A stretch of DNA of 35,575 bases, taken from positions 1-35,575 of IMG/VR virus record IMGVR_UViG_3300032274_000028. One strand, 5' to 3'. Position 1 is the stretch's first letter. Every line of letters begins with the position of its first letter. A program made the translations under genes and the position numbers. This DNA is from a virus. Lineage: Duplodnaviria; Caudoviricetes. Below the pieces are notes generated by a model. The model was given only the letters and a program-made list of their open reading frames with translations. It was not told the DNA's origin and made no database searches. This document shows positions 1 through 8,713 of this stretch, in pieces.

Positions 1-71
1 GTTTTATTTTTCTCTATGCGCGCGCTCTGACCGACTAATACACGGCGTCTAACGCCAACAATGGAGGGCAC

Positions 72-275
72 ATGAGGTGGTGGAAGCACAAGCGCAGGCC
101 GCTGCCAAGCGCAGTCGTCCCATGGGGCGGGCTTGAATGGGTGCTGGCTGGGCGGCTGTTCCGGCCGCTTGAGACAGACCGTGGTCTGTGGGTCTGCACC
201 ACAGACCGGCCGGAGCCGGATCCCTACTTCATCACCATCGATGCGTGTGCGACCTACGGTCGTCTTGTCTGGTGA
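72..275 (+). CDS. hypothetical protein (67 aa)
   Basis: GGAGG RBS before ATG; leader identical over 19 nt to that of the 25257 gene. Confidence 0.6.
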   Translation: MRWWKHKRRPLPSAVVPWGGLEWVLAGRLFRPLETDRGLWVCTTDRPEPDPYFITIDACATYGRLVW

Positions 276-474
276 CCGCAGAAAGCTGCGACGTGATGGT
301 TCGATGACGAGCCATCTTCACCACCGTTACGACCCGCACGGAACCGGAGGGCGGGTCACGACGGGACGTCTCAACGTCGCTAGGATCCGTCTGACATTGC
401 ATAGATCGTGCCACTAGGCGGCCGATGTAGGTACAAAGCCAAGTATGCACGGAATGCTATAGCCACGTGCATAC
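270..474. ncRNA. candidate structured non-coding region (multiple hairpins)
   Basis: Stems 270-275/318-323, 277-281/286-290, 295-303/308-316, 331-337/351-357, 365-369/374-378, 443-451/466-474 in a 220-nt intergenic gap. Confidence 0.35.
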
Positions 475-495
475 GCCGAATATCAGGAGGTAGTC

Positions 496-723
496 ATGAA
501 CGACCGAACCCGGATCCTCTTCACGGGAGGGCTGTCGCCGACCGACGCGCACGCTGCGACAGCTAGAGCCTGTGCCGCCTTCATGGAAGCCGGCCCTGAC
601 CGGACGGCTGTGTGGCGAGGGCCTGGCGTCACCGTCTCGGCGACACTGCTGCGGGGTGCTCTGACGGTGCGGCTACACAGCACGCTGGGCGACGAGAACG
701 AGGCTGGCGTATCTGCGCGTTAG
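496..723 (+). CDS. hypothetical protein (75 aa)
   Basis: Strong RBS AGGAGGT upstream of ATG. Confidence 0.7.
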   Translation: MNDRTRILFTGGLSPTDAHAATARACAAFMEAGPDRTAVWRGPGVTVSATLLRGALTVRLHSTLGDENEAGVSAR

Positions 724-744
724 GATGAACCCCTAGGAGGTCCC

Positions 745-1065
745 ATGCCAGACCGCGACCCAACACACGTGCCTGCGCCCCGGACCGTTGTGGGCAGGGG
801 CTCCGACACCAAGACCTTCCAGCGTCAGGCCGTGCAGCAAGCGAACAGCCGCACGGATGACTTGGTTGACGTCGTGGTGGGGCAAGCGCAGACGAGCGCG
901 AGCAACGCGTGGAAGGTCTCGCGGTGGCTTGGCACGCTGCTAGCCGTGTCGATGGTCGGGAACATCCTGCTTGTAGCGCTGGTACTCAATCGCAACGCGG
1001 CGTTCGAGTTCATGGGCATCAAGGCATCGTCTGGGGCATCCCATGAGACACCGGACGGCCAATAG
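745..1065 (+). CDS. single-pass membrane protein
   Basis: RBS AGGAGGT; hydrophobic segment WLGTLLAVSMVGNILLVALVL; preceded by GCGCGTTAGGAT promoter-like motif. Confidence 0.7.
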   Translation: MPDRDPTHVPAPRTVVGRGSDTKTFQRQAVQQANSRTDDLVDVVVGQAQTSASNAWKVSRWLGTLLAVSMVGNILLVALVLNRNAAFEFMGIKASSGASHETPDGQ

Positions 1066-1106
1066 CGCCGTTTCTGCCTGTCGACCGAGCGCGTTATGGT
1101 ACTGCA

Positions 1107-1160
1107 AGATTGGGCCAGCCGGGCGCCTCCTTGGTCGTAGATGCCCGGCTGGCCCGGCCT
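1107..1160 (+). ncRNA. candidate hairpin sRNA with anti-Shine-Dalgarno loop
   Basis: Perfect 13-bp stem 1112-1124/1143-1155; loop contains CCTCCTTGG; promoter-like GCGCGTTATGGT at 1089-1100. Confidence 0.45.
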
Positions 1161-1208
1161 ACTGTGGACGTATAGCCCATAGCGTGCGATAAGTGTGGCG
1201 AGGTGCCC

Positions 1209-1985
1209 ATGCCAGGAATCTACTCTTCGCCGTTCACGCTTCCTCCACCTCTGGCCGCTGCGATGGGTCGCGATGGTGGCATCATCACGGTGCACAAGTT
1301 CGGTCGCTCCGAGGCTGTAGGCACGACCGAGGGCGTCATCATCAACGGCACGGCCCCGGCCCCGTTCCTGACGGCAGCGGCCACGGTGCGGGTTGCCTCT
1401 GGCGGCAACGCTGCGGACACGGCGGCTGGCGCTGGCGCTCGTGAGGTCACGTTCTCCGGGCTCGACGCGACCGGCGCGATGGTGAGCGAGGCTGTACCCA
1501 CCGCTGGCACGAGCGCATCGGCATCAACGACCACCGAGTTCATACGGATGCCCCGCGTGTACGTGTCATCTGCGGGCGCCTATGCGACTCCGTACAACAC
1601 GGGCGACATGAAGATCGAGACAACGGCTGGCGTTGAGCTCGTCACAATCCCCGCAGAACGAGGGCAGAGCCAGATTGGCTTTTACACCATCCCGCTTGGG
1701 TACACGGGCTACTTGGCGGAAGCTGGCGGCAGGGTGGAGTCAGGCAAGGCGGCGACGGTCCGTTTGTACCAGCGCCAGAACATCCTAGACACCACCGTGC
1801 CCGTGAACGCGCGGCGGCTGGTGCAAGAGTGGCCCGGAGTGTCCGGCGACACGTTCGGTGGGACCCACTCAACCTGGGAGCGATACCCGGCGCTTACGGA
1901 CATCATCATGACGGGTGAGACGACGTCAGGCACGACCCGCGTGAATGTCGAGTTTGAATTGTATCTCGTGCCAGACAGCTACTAG
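1209..1985 (+). CDS. putative virion structural protein
   Basis: Ala/Gly/Thr-rich beta-type sequence with VHKFG...GAREV...GLD pattern that I recognise from phage structural proteins; RBS GAGGT. Confidence 0.6.
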   Translation: MPGIYSSPFTLPPPLAAAMGRDGGIITVHKFGRSEAVGTTEGVIINGTAPAPFLTAAATVRVASGGNAADTAAGAGAREVTFSGLDATGAMVSEAVPTAGTSASASTTTEFIRMPRVYVSSAGAYATPYNTGDMKIETTAGVELVTIPAERGQSQIGFYTIPLGYTGYLAEAGGRVESGKAATVRLYQRQNILDTTVPVNARRLVQEWPGVSGDTFGGTHSTWERYPALTDIIMTGETTSGTTRVNVEFELYLVPDSY

Positions 1986-2302
1986 ACCCTGACGAGCGGT
2001 TCAAAGTCGTACTTCACGACCGCGCTGGTGGTTGCGCTCCACACGTTGACCTTCGCGATGCCGCCCGATGGGATGCTCGTGATGTACACCGTGTAGCCCT
2101 GTGACGCCGGGATTTCCCAGCCGAGCACGGCGGTGTTGTCGGTCTCGTCTGCGGTGGCGTCATCCTTGTTGATGATGAGCGCAGAGGTGCTGTACAGGTT
2201 GAGGGCGCCGGTCTTGTGCACCTCGATGAGCCGAGTTTCGTACGCGGTGGAACTCAGGGTGTTTGACCCCATGCCAAACTCGGTGATGGGTAGTGCCGCC
2301 AT
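1982..2302 (-). CDS. small beta-rich protein, possible virion decoration protein (106 aa)
   Basis: RBS AAGGAGG, ATG at 2302, own promoter-like motif at 2325-2336; stop overlaps the convergent gene in CTAG. Confidence 0.7.
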   Translation of the reverse strand: MAALPITEFGMGSNTLSSTAYETRLIEVHKTGALNLYSTSALIINKDDATADETDNTAVLGWEIPASQGYTVYITSIPSGGIAKVNVWSATTSAVVKYDFEPLVRV

Positions 2303-2368
2303 AGGCGCCTCCTTGGTTGCCCGCATCCTAACGCGATGGCGTGTTACTCGCCCATAGGAGGCGGACGC

Positions 2369-2902
2369 ATGGGCTCGAATTGGTCGCAGGACGTTCGGGA
2401 CAGAGCGGTAGCGGACCTGGCCAGCGGCATGACCGTGCCAGCCGTGTCTAAAGCCTACGGTGTGCCCGTTGGAACGCTGCGCGGCTGGAAGCGCAAAGAC
2501 CGTCCTAGGACCAAGGCGCCCGTCGTGGACATGAGCGGGGCGCCCGTCACCGATGACCCTGTCAGCCTGATGTTGCTGGCGATGACCAGCGACAACCCCG
2601 AAGAGGCGATCAAGGCGCAGATGCGCGCGCTGCTCATCGAGAAGATGCAGGCAACGGAGATTGGACAATTTGGAGCTGCGGCTACCATGCAGTCGCACAT
2701 CGCGAAGCTGCGTGAAGAGTTGCGAGCTCACCGAGCCGAGAAGCCGGTAGCGGACCCGCTCGACATTCCAGAGGACGAGTACATCGACGGCCTGCACAAG
2801 CTGGCTCTTGAGATGCCCACGCCGTACCTGGAGGTGCTTGTTGAAGTATACCTGGAAAGAATGGGCGTTACGCTGGTGGAGGCGAGCCGTGCTGGCCGCT
2901 AG
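2369..2902 (+). CDS. terS: terminase small subunit (N-terminal HTH)
   Basis: HTH-like MTVPAVSKAYGVPVGTLRGW; directly upstream of TerL; RBS AGGAGG. Confidence 0.75.
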   Translation: MGSNWSQDVRDRAVADLASGMTVPAVSKAYGVPVGTLRGWKRKDRPRTKAPVVDMSGAPVTDDPVSLMLLAMTSDNPEEAIKAQMRALLIEKMQATEIGQFGAAATMQSHIAKLREELRAHRAEKPVADPLDIPEDEYIDGLHKLALEMPTPYLEVLVEVYLERMGVTLVEASRAGR

Positions 2903-4340
2903 CCCGCTGCTCACATCGTCCGTGCAGAGGCACCGGCGCCACCTGCTCAAGCAACGGCGCTGGACACAGCCGCAGACCGAGTACCTGTCGCTGACGCAAC
3001 GGCTGGCGCTGTGGCTGGCTGCGAACCAGGTTGGCAAGTCGGAAGGGCTGGCGGCTGACATCACGTGGACCGCTCGAGGTGACCACCCGTACCGCCCGGT
3101 GCGACCGCACGGCCCGGGGCCGGTCAAGATCGGAGTCATCTCGTACAGCGACAGTCAGATCCGCCCGCTGATGTGGAAGATCTGGCAACTGCTCGACAAG
3201 ACCGAGGTCGACCCGAAGCTGTCGTGCACGGAGGGCGGCGGGCTCAAGGGCTACAAGCAGCCGCACATCCGCTTCACGTCGGGGCCCGGGGAAGGGAGTG
3301 AGATCTACTTCTTCACGTACAAGCAAGGCAGCGAGGCCATCGCCGGCTTCACCTTCGACGCGGTCTTCGCGGATGAGCCGTTGCCCGAACACATCTTCGG
3401 TGAACTCGCACCGCGCCTGCTGCGCCGACAAGGCACGTTCCGCCTCACGATGACGACCACGCCAGACGCAGCGGACATGCGCTGGCTGCGCGCCATCTTG
3501 GAGGAAGACAAGAAGAGCGATGAGCCAACATGGGGCTTCTTGCAGACGGGGATCAGCGAAGAGAACATGACGCCCACGACCGGGCTGGTGCGGCGTCCAT
3601 TCCTGACGCAAGAGCAGATCGACAAGAGCCTACAGAGTTACCTGCCCGACGAGTTGCCGCAGCGGCGCGACGGCGCATGGGAAGGCGTCAGCACAGGGCG
3701 CTGGCTCATCAACTACGGCGACGCGTGCAAGATCACCGGCGGACCGGTCGGCAGCGTCTACCACATCGTAGGCATCGACCACGGTGCAGGGTCCGGCCGT
3801 CAGTGCGCCTCGCTCATCGCTTACGAGCAGAGCACGAACCGTATCTGGGTGCTCGACGAGTACAGAGCCACGGACCGCTCGAGCATCCGTGAGGACGCGG
3901 AGGCCATCCTTGCCATGCTCGAGCGCAACCGCGTGGAGTGGTGGCAGGTTGACCACTGGGTCGGCGACCGAGCGCATGGCGGCGACCGGTTCGGCAACGC
4001 GAAGAGCAACCGCGAGATGTTGTTCAGCTTCGCAGACCAGCTAGGCGTGCCGACGTCCGACCTGCAACGCCGGGGCCTGTCGTTCAAGACGCCCAAGAAG
4101 GGGCCCGGCTCGATGCGGCACGGGTTCCGTGTGATGAACTCGATGTTCATCGAAGGGCAGCTAGTGGTGCACGAGCGGTGCCACGACTTCGACGATGCGG
4201 CGCGCAACTGGGCTGGAGTGCTACAGGACCCACGGAAAGACATGCTAGACGCGGTACGGTATGCTGTCGAGCGTGCACACAGCGAGAACCTTGTGCGGCG
4301 TGTTATCCGTGAGGCAGGCCCGGCCCCACATATCACGTGA
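2889..4340 (+). CDS. terL: terminase large subunit
   Basis: Walker A AANQVGKS, Walker B FDAVFADE, nuclease motifs VGIDHG and KDMLDAVRY; GTG start with GGAGG RBS. Confidence 0.93.
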   Translation: MLAASPLLTSSVQRHRRHLLKQRRWTQPQTEYLSLTQRLALWLAANQVGKSEGLAADITWTARGDHPYRPVRPHGPGPVKIGVISYSDSQIRPLMWKIWQLLDKTEVDPKLSCTEGGGLKGYKQPHIRFTSGPGEGSEIYFFTYKQGSEAIAGFTFDAVFADEPLPEHIFGELAPRLLRRQGTFRLTMTTTPDAADMRWLRAILEEDKKSDEPTWGFLQTGISEENMTPTTGLVRRPFLTQEQIDKSLQSYLPDELPQRRDGAWEGVSTGRWLINYGDACKITGGPVGSVYHIVGIDHGAGSGRQCASLIAYEQSTNRIWVLDEYRATDRSSIREDAEAILAMLERNRVEWWQVDHWVGDRAHGGDRFGNAKSNREMLFSFADQLGVPTSDLQRRGLSFKTPKKGPGSMRHGFRVMNSMFIEGQLVVHERCHDFDDAARNWAGVLQDPRKDMLDAVRYAVERAHSENLVRRVIREAGPAPHIT

Positions 4341-4348
4341 GGACTGTC

Positions 4349-4678
4349 ATGGACAGCAAGACGAGACGACGGAAGATCGAATCTGCGCGTCGATTGATGC
4401 GGGAGTCACCGAACGAGCACGAACGCGAGGCTGCCCGCCGCGCTGTGGCAACGCTGGAGGGGCGGCCGTCAACCCCAGCGCCACGCGGCGTCATGACCTT
4501 GAGTGGCGCCCTTGATCGCATCATGGCGAACAAGCCTGTGGACCAGCTCTACATGGTGTGCCTAGACAGGACAGCCGCGGATTCGCTGGCGTCCGCGCTG
4601 ATGAGTGCGCGGTACACCCGGAGTTGGTCGCGCGACACGTACGAACCGCCACCCAGAATGATCGAGGCCAGCGCATGA
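4349..4678 (+). CDS. hypothetical protein with DUF2786-like N-terminus
   Basis: RKIESARRLMRESPNEHEREAARR resembles the DUF2786 'S.neHEa.aA' helical motif; ATGA overlap with the next gene. Confidence 0.55.
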   Translation: MDSKTRRRKIESARRLMRESPNEHEREAARRAVATLEGRPSTPAPRGVMTLSGALDRIMANKPVDQLYMVCLDRTAADSLASALMSARYTRSWSRDTYEPPPRMIEASA

Positions 4679-6171
4679 CGACACACAGCCAAGACGTGCG
4701 GCCCATTCCATACGGCGGAGGCGAGTGGGGCGCCGATGCCACACGATGGCGGCTGGGCGCTGAGCGGTTCCGCATGATCACCGGGCAGTGGCATGACGAC
4801 TTGGATGCGGCGCTCGTGACGCAGCACGGCGCGGTCGGTCGCTCCGAACTCGGGCCCGGCTCGATCGCTATGTGTCTCATCCGCAACGTGTGTGAAGAGC
4901 TGTCGGTCTTGTACGTCGACCCGCCCACGGTGACGACCACGACGGATAGCGATGTGTCGGACCTGGTTGGGCCCTATGGCTACCTAGAAGACGCGCAGAC
5001 GTGGAACCAGGGCACGTACCTGCAGCAAGTCACGTTGGCAGAGCGTGAGGGGCTGAAGTTCCTGATGTGGCAGGACGGTCAACTCGTGACGGAGACCGTG
5101 GAGCCGCACAAGGTGGTGTGCCGTCCGCTTCCGATGCGGCCGACCAAGCTGGGCATGGTGCGCCGGTGCAAGTGGCTGTGGTCGCACGAGACGACGTACC
5201 AGCACCAGGGTGACGGCGTGTGGGTCTGGGAGGTGTGGGACATCCGCACTGAGCCCCGCTACGCCATCCACGTGCACGAGCCAACGGCTATGGAAAACCT
5301 GGGGACAGACATCACCGGCCAACTTGTCGGGTTCGATGCCCCAGAGGGCTACCCGTGGGTATGGACGCAGGGCGACAAGGCGGGCGAACCCTTCCTGCCT
5401 TGGACGCTGTACCATGCCGAACTCGCCACTACGCTGTGGGACCCTACCCGCTGGGCGGAACTCGTCGACGGCACCAAAGACACCGGCGTGCTGCTCACCC
5501 AGTTCTTGCACCTCATGCTCCGCGCTGCGCACACGGCGAAGTGGAGCATTGGCGTGCGTCAGGTCGGCTCGAAGGCGAGCGACGGGGCACGCCGCACCGA
5601 GGGTGGTATGACGGTGCTGCACGAGTTCCTAGACATCGACGACACGGGTGGCAGCCCCGGACGGCTTGGCGAGTGGAAGCCGGCGGCTAGCCCGTCCGAG
5701 TACATGACGGCCATCCAGAAGTTCATCACGCTCATCGCCAGCGTGGCAGGCATCGACGCGTCCCACATCGTGCGCGAGTCTGCGGACGCATGGAGCGGCG
5801 CGGCACTGACGGTTGACCGTGAGGGCAAGCGTGAGGCGCAGAAGGTCTACGGCGCCCGCTTCCGTGCGGCTGACGAGGAGATGGTAGCCAAGTGTGCAGC
5901 GCTGGTGAACATCAACACGGATTCAGCGCTGCCAGAGTCCGGCTACCGCGTCAGCTACAAGGCGCTCCCGCTCTCCCCCGAAGAGGAAGAGATCCGACGC
6001 GTGCACGCGAAGGAGATGGTGGCCGACGGGCGGTGGTCCGAGATCGACGCGCACAAGTACATGCGTCCGGGCATGACGCGTGAAGAGGCTATCCTAGACA
6101 TGCGGCGTATAGTCGCAGACGCGGCGCTCGTGGCCGCGCCAGCCAAGACAGAGGAGGACGACAATGTCTGA
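4675..6171 (+). CDS. portal protein (putative)
   Basis: ~498 aa, between TerL and scaffold/capsid; SG.AL motif (WSGAAL) near the C-terminal third as in SPP1-like portals. Confidence 0.75.
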   Translation: MTTHSQDVRPIPYGGGEWGADATRWRLGAERFRMITGQWHDDLDAALVTQHGAVGRSELGPGSIAMCLIRNVCEELSVLYVDPPTVTTTTDSDVSDLVGPYGYLEDAQTWNQGTYLQQVTLAEREGLKFLMWQDGQLVTETVEPHKVVCRPLPMRPTKLGMVRRCKWLWSHETTYQHQGDGVWVWEVWDIRTEPRYAIHVHEPTAMENLGTDITGQLVGFDAPEGYPWVWTQGDKAGEPFLPWTLYHAELATTLWDPTRWAELVDGTKDTGVLLTQFLHLMLRAAHTAKWSIGVRQVGSKASDGARRTEGGMTVLHEFLDIDDTGGSPGRLGEWKPAASPSEYMTAIQKFITLIASVAGIDASHIVRESADAWSGAALTVDREGKREAQKVYGARFRAADEEMVAKCAALVNINTDSALPESGYRVSYKALPLSPEEEEIRRVHAKEMVADGRWSEIDAHKYMRPGMTREEAILDMRRIVADAALVAAPAKTEEDDNV

Positions 6172-6763
6172 AGAGACCGACCATGGAGACAGGCCCATCC
6201 CGCTTCGGCGGGTCGAGAAGATTATCAGTGAGCGCGAGGGGCTGCGGGAGCAACTGAAGGCACGCGACCTTGAAATCGCATCTCTCAAGGAGCGGTACAA
6301 GGATGTCGACAAGACGATAAAGCACTCCGCGAAGTTGGAGGCAGACCTTGCGGCCCTGCGTTCGGCGTCCAGCCTGCGCGACCAGCACGACGCGCTGCGC
6401 GATGCTGGCATCAACGACAAGAACGGGCGCGACTACCTGCTGATGCAGACGCCGGAGGGCAAGTCACCGGCCGACTACCTCACGGAACTACGCGCGGCGG
6501 AGTCCATCGAGAACAGCGTGCTTGCTTCGATCGTGAAGACGGAAGCGGCCGGCCCTTCAGCGCCAGCCGCACCGCGTACGCCCGGTGCATCGCCAGGGGC
6601 CGGCCCACGCGCGACCAGTCGCACCACGAAGGACTGGGACAACCTGCTAGCGACCGGCAGCGCTGAAGAGCTGTCGGCAGCGTTGCCGGAGATCCGCGCA
6701 GCCAACCCCGTGCTAGCAGGCCACGTCGAGGCCGCAATTGCAGTGCTAACGCCAGCGGGCTAG
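6164..6763 (+). CDS. capsid scaffolding protein (putative)
   Basis: Coiled-coil N-half, Pro/Gly/Ala linker, immediately upstream of capsid gene. Confidence 0.7.
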   Translation: MSEETDHGDRPIPLRRVEKIISEREGLREQLKARDLEIASLKERYKDVDKTIKHSAKLEADLAALRSASSLRDQHDALRDAGINDKNGRDYLLMQTPEGKSPADYLTELRAAESIENSVLASIVKTEAAGPSAPAAPRTPGASPGAGPRATSRTTKDWDNLLATGSAEELSAALPEIRAANPVLAGHVEAAIAVLTPAG

Positions 6764-6840
6764 ACTGCTTTCAGCCATCGAGCCTCACCCTCGTAAATCT
6801 GTGTCGGCTGATTCGTCAACCTGCACAGTAGAGGGCTCTC
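6755..6840 (+). promoter_or_regulatory. promoter-like motif plus structured leader of the major capsid gene
   Basis: GCGGGCTAGACT at 6755-6766; complementary pairs TCAGCC/GGCTGA, CTGTG/CACAG, CCCTC/GAGGG (RBS). Confidence 0.45.
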
Positions 6841-7764
6841 ATGGCCAACGAAATCTACACCACAGACTCCGGTCTCGGCGCTGCCGTACTCGGCGGAACT
6901 CTTGCCCGGCGCATCGCCCTTGCCAAACTCGGCGACCGCGAGAGCGTCCGCAACCACCCCGCGCTGGTCAACCTGTCCGGCGAGGACTTCGCGGGCGGCG
7001 TTGCCAAGAAGGGCGCGTTGCACGGCTTTGGTCTCGACGCCATGGCCAGCCGCACCGAGATTCAGGCGATTGCCAACACGGCGCCCGGCTCGGCCACCTA
7101 CACGGTCACCCCCGGCCGCTACGGCCTGCGGTACGAGACCTCCGACTGGGAGCGCACCGTCGACCCGACCGGCATCACCGACCCGGTCGCGATCGCGCAG
7201 TGGTTCCCCGTGTCCTACGGCATCACGCTGACCACGCTCATCGCGCAGGACGGCGACGGCCTGACCAACGTGGGCACGACCACCGTCAACTTCAGCCACG
7301 ACACCTGGTTGCTCGGTCAGTTCGCGCTGCAAGCGGCTGGTGTGACCGGTCCGTTCCTGGCGGTCATGAGCGGCAACAGCTTTACGAACTGGCAGGGCGA
7401 CCTCGAGCAGCGTGGCGGCGTGACCCAGTGGCGCCCAGCGACCGAGGCCATGCAGATGCTTCGCGGCCCCGGCTTCCAAGGCACGTACAACAACGTCGAT
7501 GTGTTCCTGTCCAGCTACGTGCAGACCATCAACAGCGGCGCCGACGATGCCAACTTCATCTTCGGTCGCGGTTGCCTCGGCTTCGAGGAGGTCCGCATGG
7601 CGCGTGCCGCCGCGTCGCAGAACGTGCTCCTTGACCTCGGCTTCTTGCGAGTCGGCGAAGAGCACAGCGAGGCTACCGGCCTGACCAGCGTCACCGGCAC
7701 CGTCAACGTCGGCACCGTGGTCATGGAAGCTGGGCGCGGTCGCGCGTTCTCCGGCGCCGTCTAG
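6841..7764 (+). CDS. major capsid protein (putative)
   Basis: 307 aa after scaffold; strongly C/G-ending codons suggesting high expression; followed by a hairpin. Confidence 0.8.
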   Translation: MANEIYTTDSGLGAAVLGGTLARRIALAKLGDRESVRNHPALVNLSGEDFAGGVAKKGALHGFGLDAMASRTEIQAIANTAPGSATYTVTPGRYGLRYETSDWERTVDPTGITDPVAIAQWFPVSYGITLTTLIAQDGDGLTNVGTTTVNFSHDTWLLGQFALQAAGVTGPFLAVMSGNSFTNWQGDLEQRGGVTQWRPATEAMQMLRGPGFQGTYNNVDVFLSSYVQTINSGADDANFIFGRGCLGFEEVRMARAAASQNVLLDLGFLRVGEEHSEATGLTSVTGTVNVGTVVMEAGRGRAFSGAV

Positions 7765-7774
7765 GACTTATGAG

Positions 7775-7796
7775 GGGCCCCGCATCCGTGGGGCCC
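7775..7796 (+). terminator. GC-rich hairpin after capsid gene (terminator or mRNA stabiliser; no U-tract)
   Basis: GGGCCCCGC-ATCC-GTGGGGCCC. Confidence 0.45.
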
Positions 7797-7818
7797 AACC
7801 CTAAGAGGAGGTTCCACC

Positions 7819-8475
7819 ATGCCCGTAGAGAGGCAATCGTTCAAGGGTCAGACGTTCGCGCCTGACGCGACCAAAGCCCCGCGACTAGCCGTCATGGCTG
7901 CGCTGGACTTCGAGTTCATGGCAAGCCCGACCCGGTACGACGTGTTCGAGGTGGAGCCCGACAAGTTTGAGATCTTGCCAGTGCTCCGTACGGTGCGATG
8001 GGAAGGCGGACACAACGGCATCAAGCCGTACAAGAACCCGCCGCGCCCCGGTGTGACCGGCAACGCTATGCCCTACATCGCGACGCAGGTGCAGGACGGA
8101 TTCGTGCACGTGCCCAGCAACATCGAGGTCACGGCCTTCGGTGAGAAGCGCGAGGGCTACACACACGGGTTCCAGACGCTTAACGGCGACTGGCACTTCA
8201 CGGACGTCTGGCGCCGTCCCTACATGGTGGGTGGCGAGGTGTCGTGGGACCGTGACCATGCTGGGTACATGGCCTTCCTGCGCTCTGTCGCGAAGCTGCT
8301 CGGGCCCATCGACGACGGTGTAAAGAAGGCGCTGGAGCGGAAGATCCGCGACACGCTTGCACGCCGCAAGAAGCGGGACCCAGACAGCGAAGACGTGGAT
8401 ACGTTGACGGCGATGCAGGTTGCATTCGCCAAACCGAAGCGTGTCCGCAAACCACGGGTACAAGCTGATGCGTGA
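7819..8475 (+). CDS. hypothetical protein (218 aa)
   Basis: RBS GAGGAGG; plausible globular protein in head module. Confidence 0.75.
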   Translation: MPVERQSFKGQTFAPDATKAPRLAVMAALDFEFMASPTRYDVFEVEPDKFEILPVLRTVRWEGGHNGIKPYKNPPRPGVTGNAMPYIATQVQDGFVHVPSNIEVTAFGEKREGYTHGFQTLNGDWHFTDVWRRPYMVGGEVSWDRDHAGYMAFLRSVAKLLGPIDDGVKKALERKIRDTLARRKKRDPDSEDVDTLTAMQVAFAKPKRVRKPRVQADA

Positions 8476-8710
8476 TGAGGCCGCCCATCGCGAACTCATG
8501 CGCCAGCTCGGTGTACCTGCCCGGCTCACCGCCCCCGCCACCGACCGCCCCCCGGTCCCCTCCTCTGTGGGGAGCGGTGAGCTTTCCGGGGTCCGTGCAG
8601 TCATGGACAACATGAGACGCAACGGCGAATCTCGGGCACAGGTCCAGAGTGTAGCCAACCGATACGACCGGCTCGTCCGAGAGGGCAAAGAGCCACCGCC
8701 CAAGGGATAA
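8468..8710 (+). CDS. hypothetical protein (80 aa), overlaps a structured element
   Basis: Fills gap between neighbours; start uncertain. Confidence 0.4.
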   Translation: MRDEAAHRELMRQLGVPARLTAPATDRPPVPSSVGSGELSGVRAVMDNMRRNGESRAQVQSVANRYDRLVREGKEPPPKG

Positions 8711-8713
8711 GTC

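Noticed and set aside
270-323. Second tRNA or hammerhead ribozyme in the structured region
   Set aside because: Ends in CCA and contains GGTTCGA but lacks a cloverleaf; no CUGAUGA/GAAA hammerhead core in correct arrangement
1982-3139. 385-aa minus-strand ORF
   Set aside because: Only the last 106 codons have an RBS and natural composition; the rest is the antisense shadow of terS/terL
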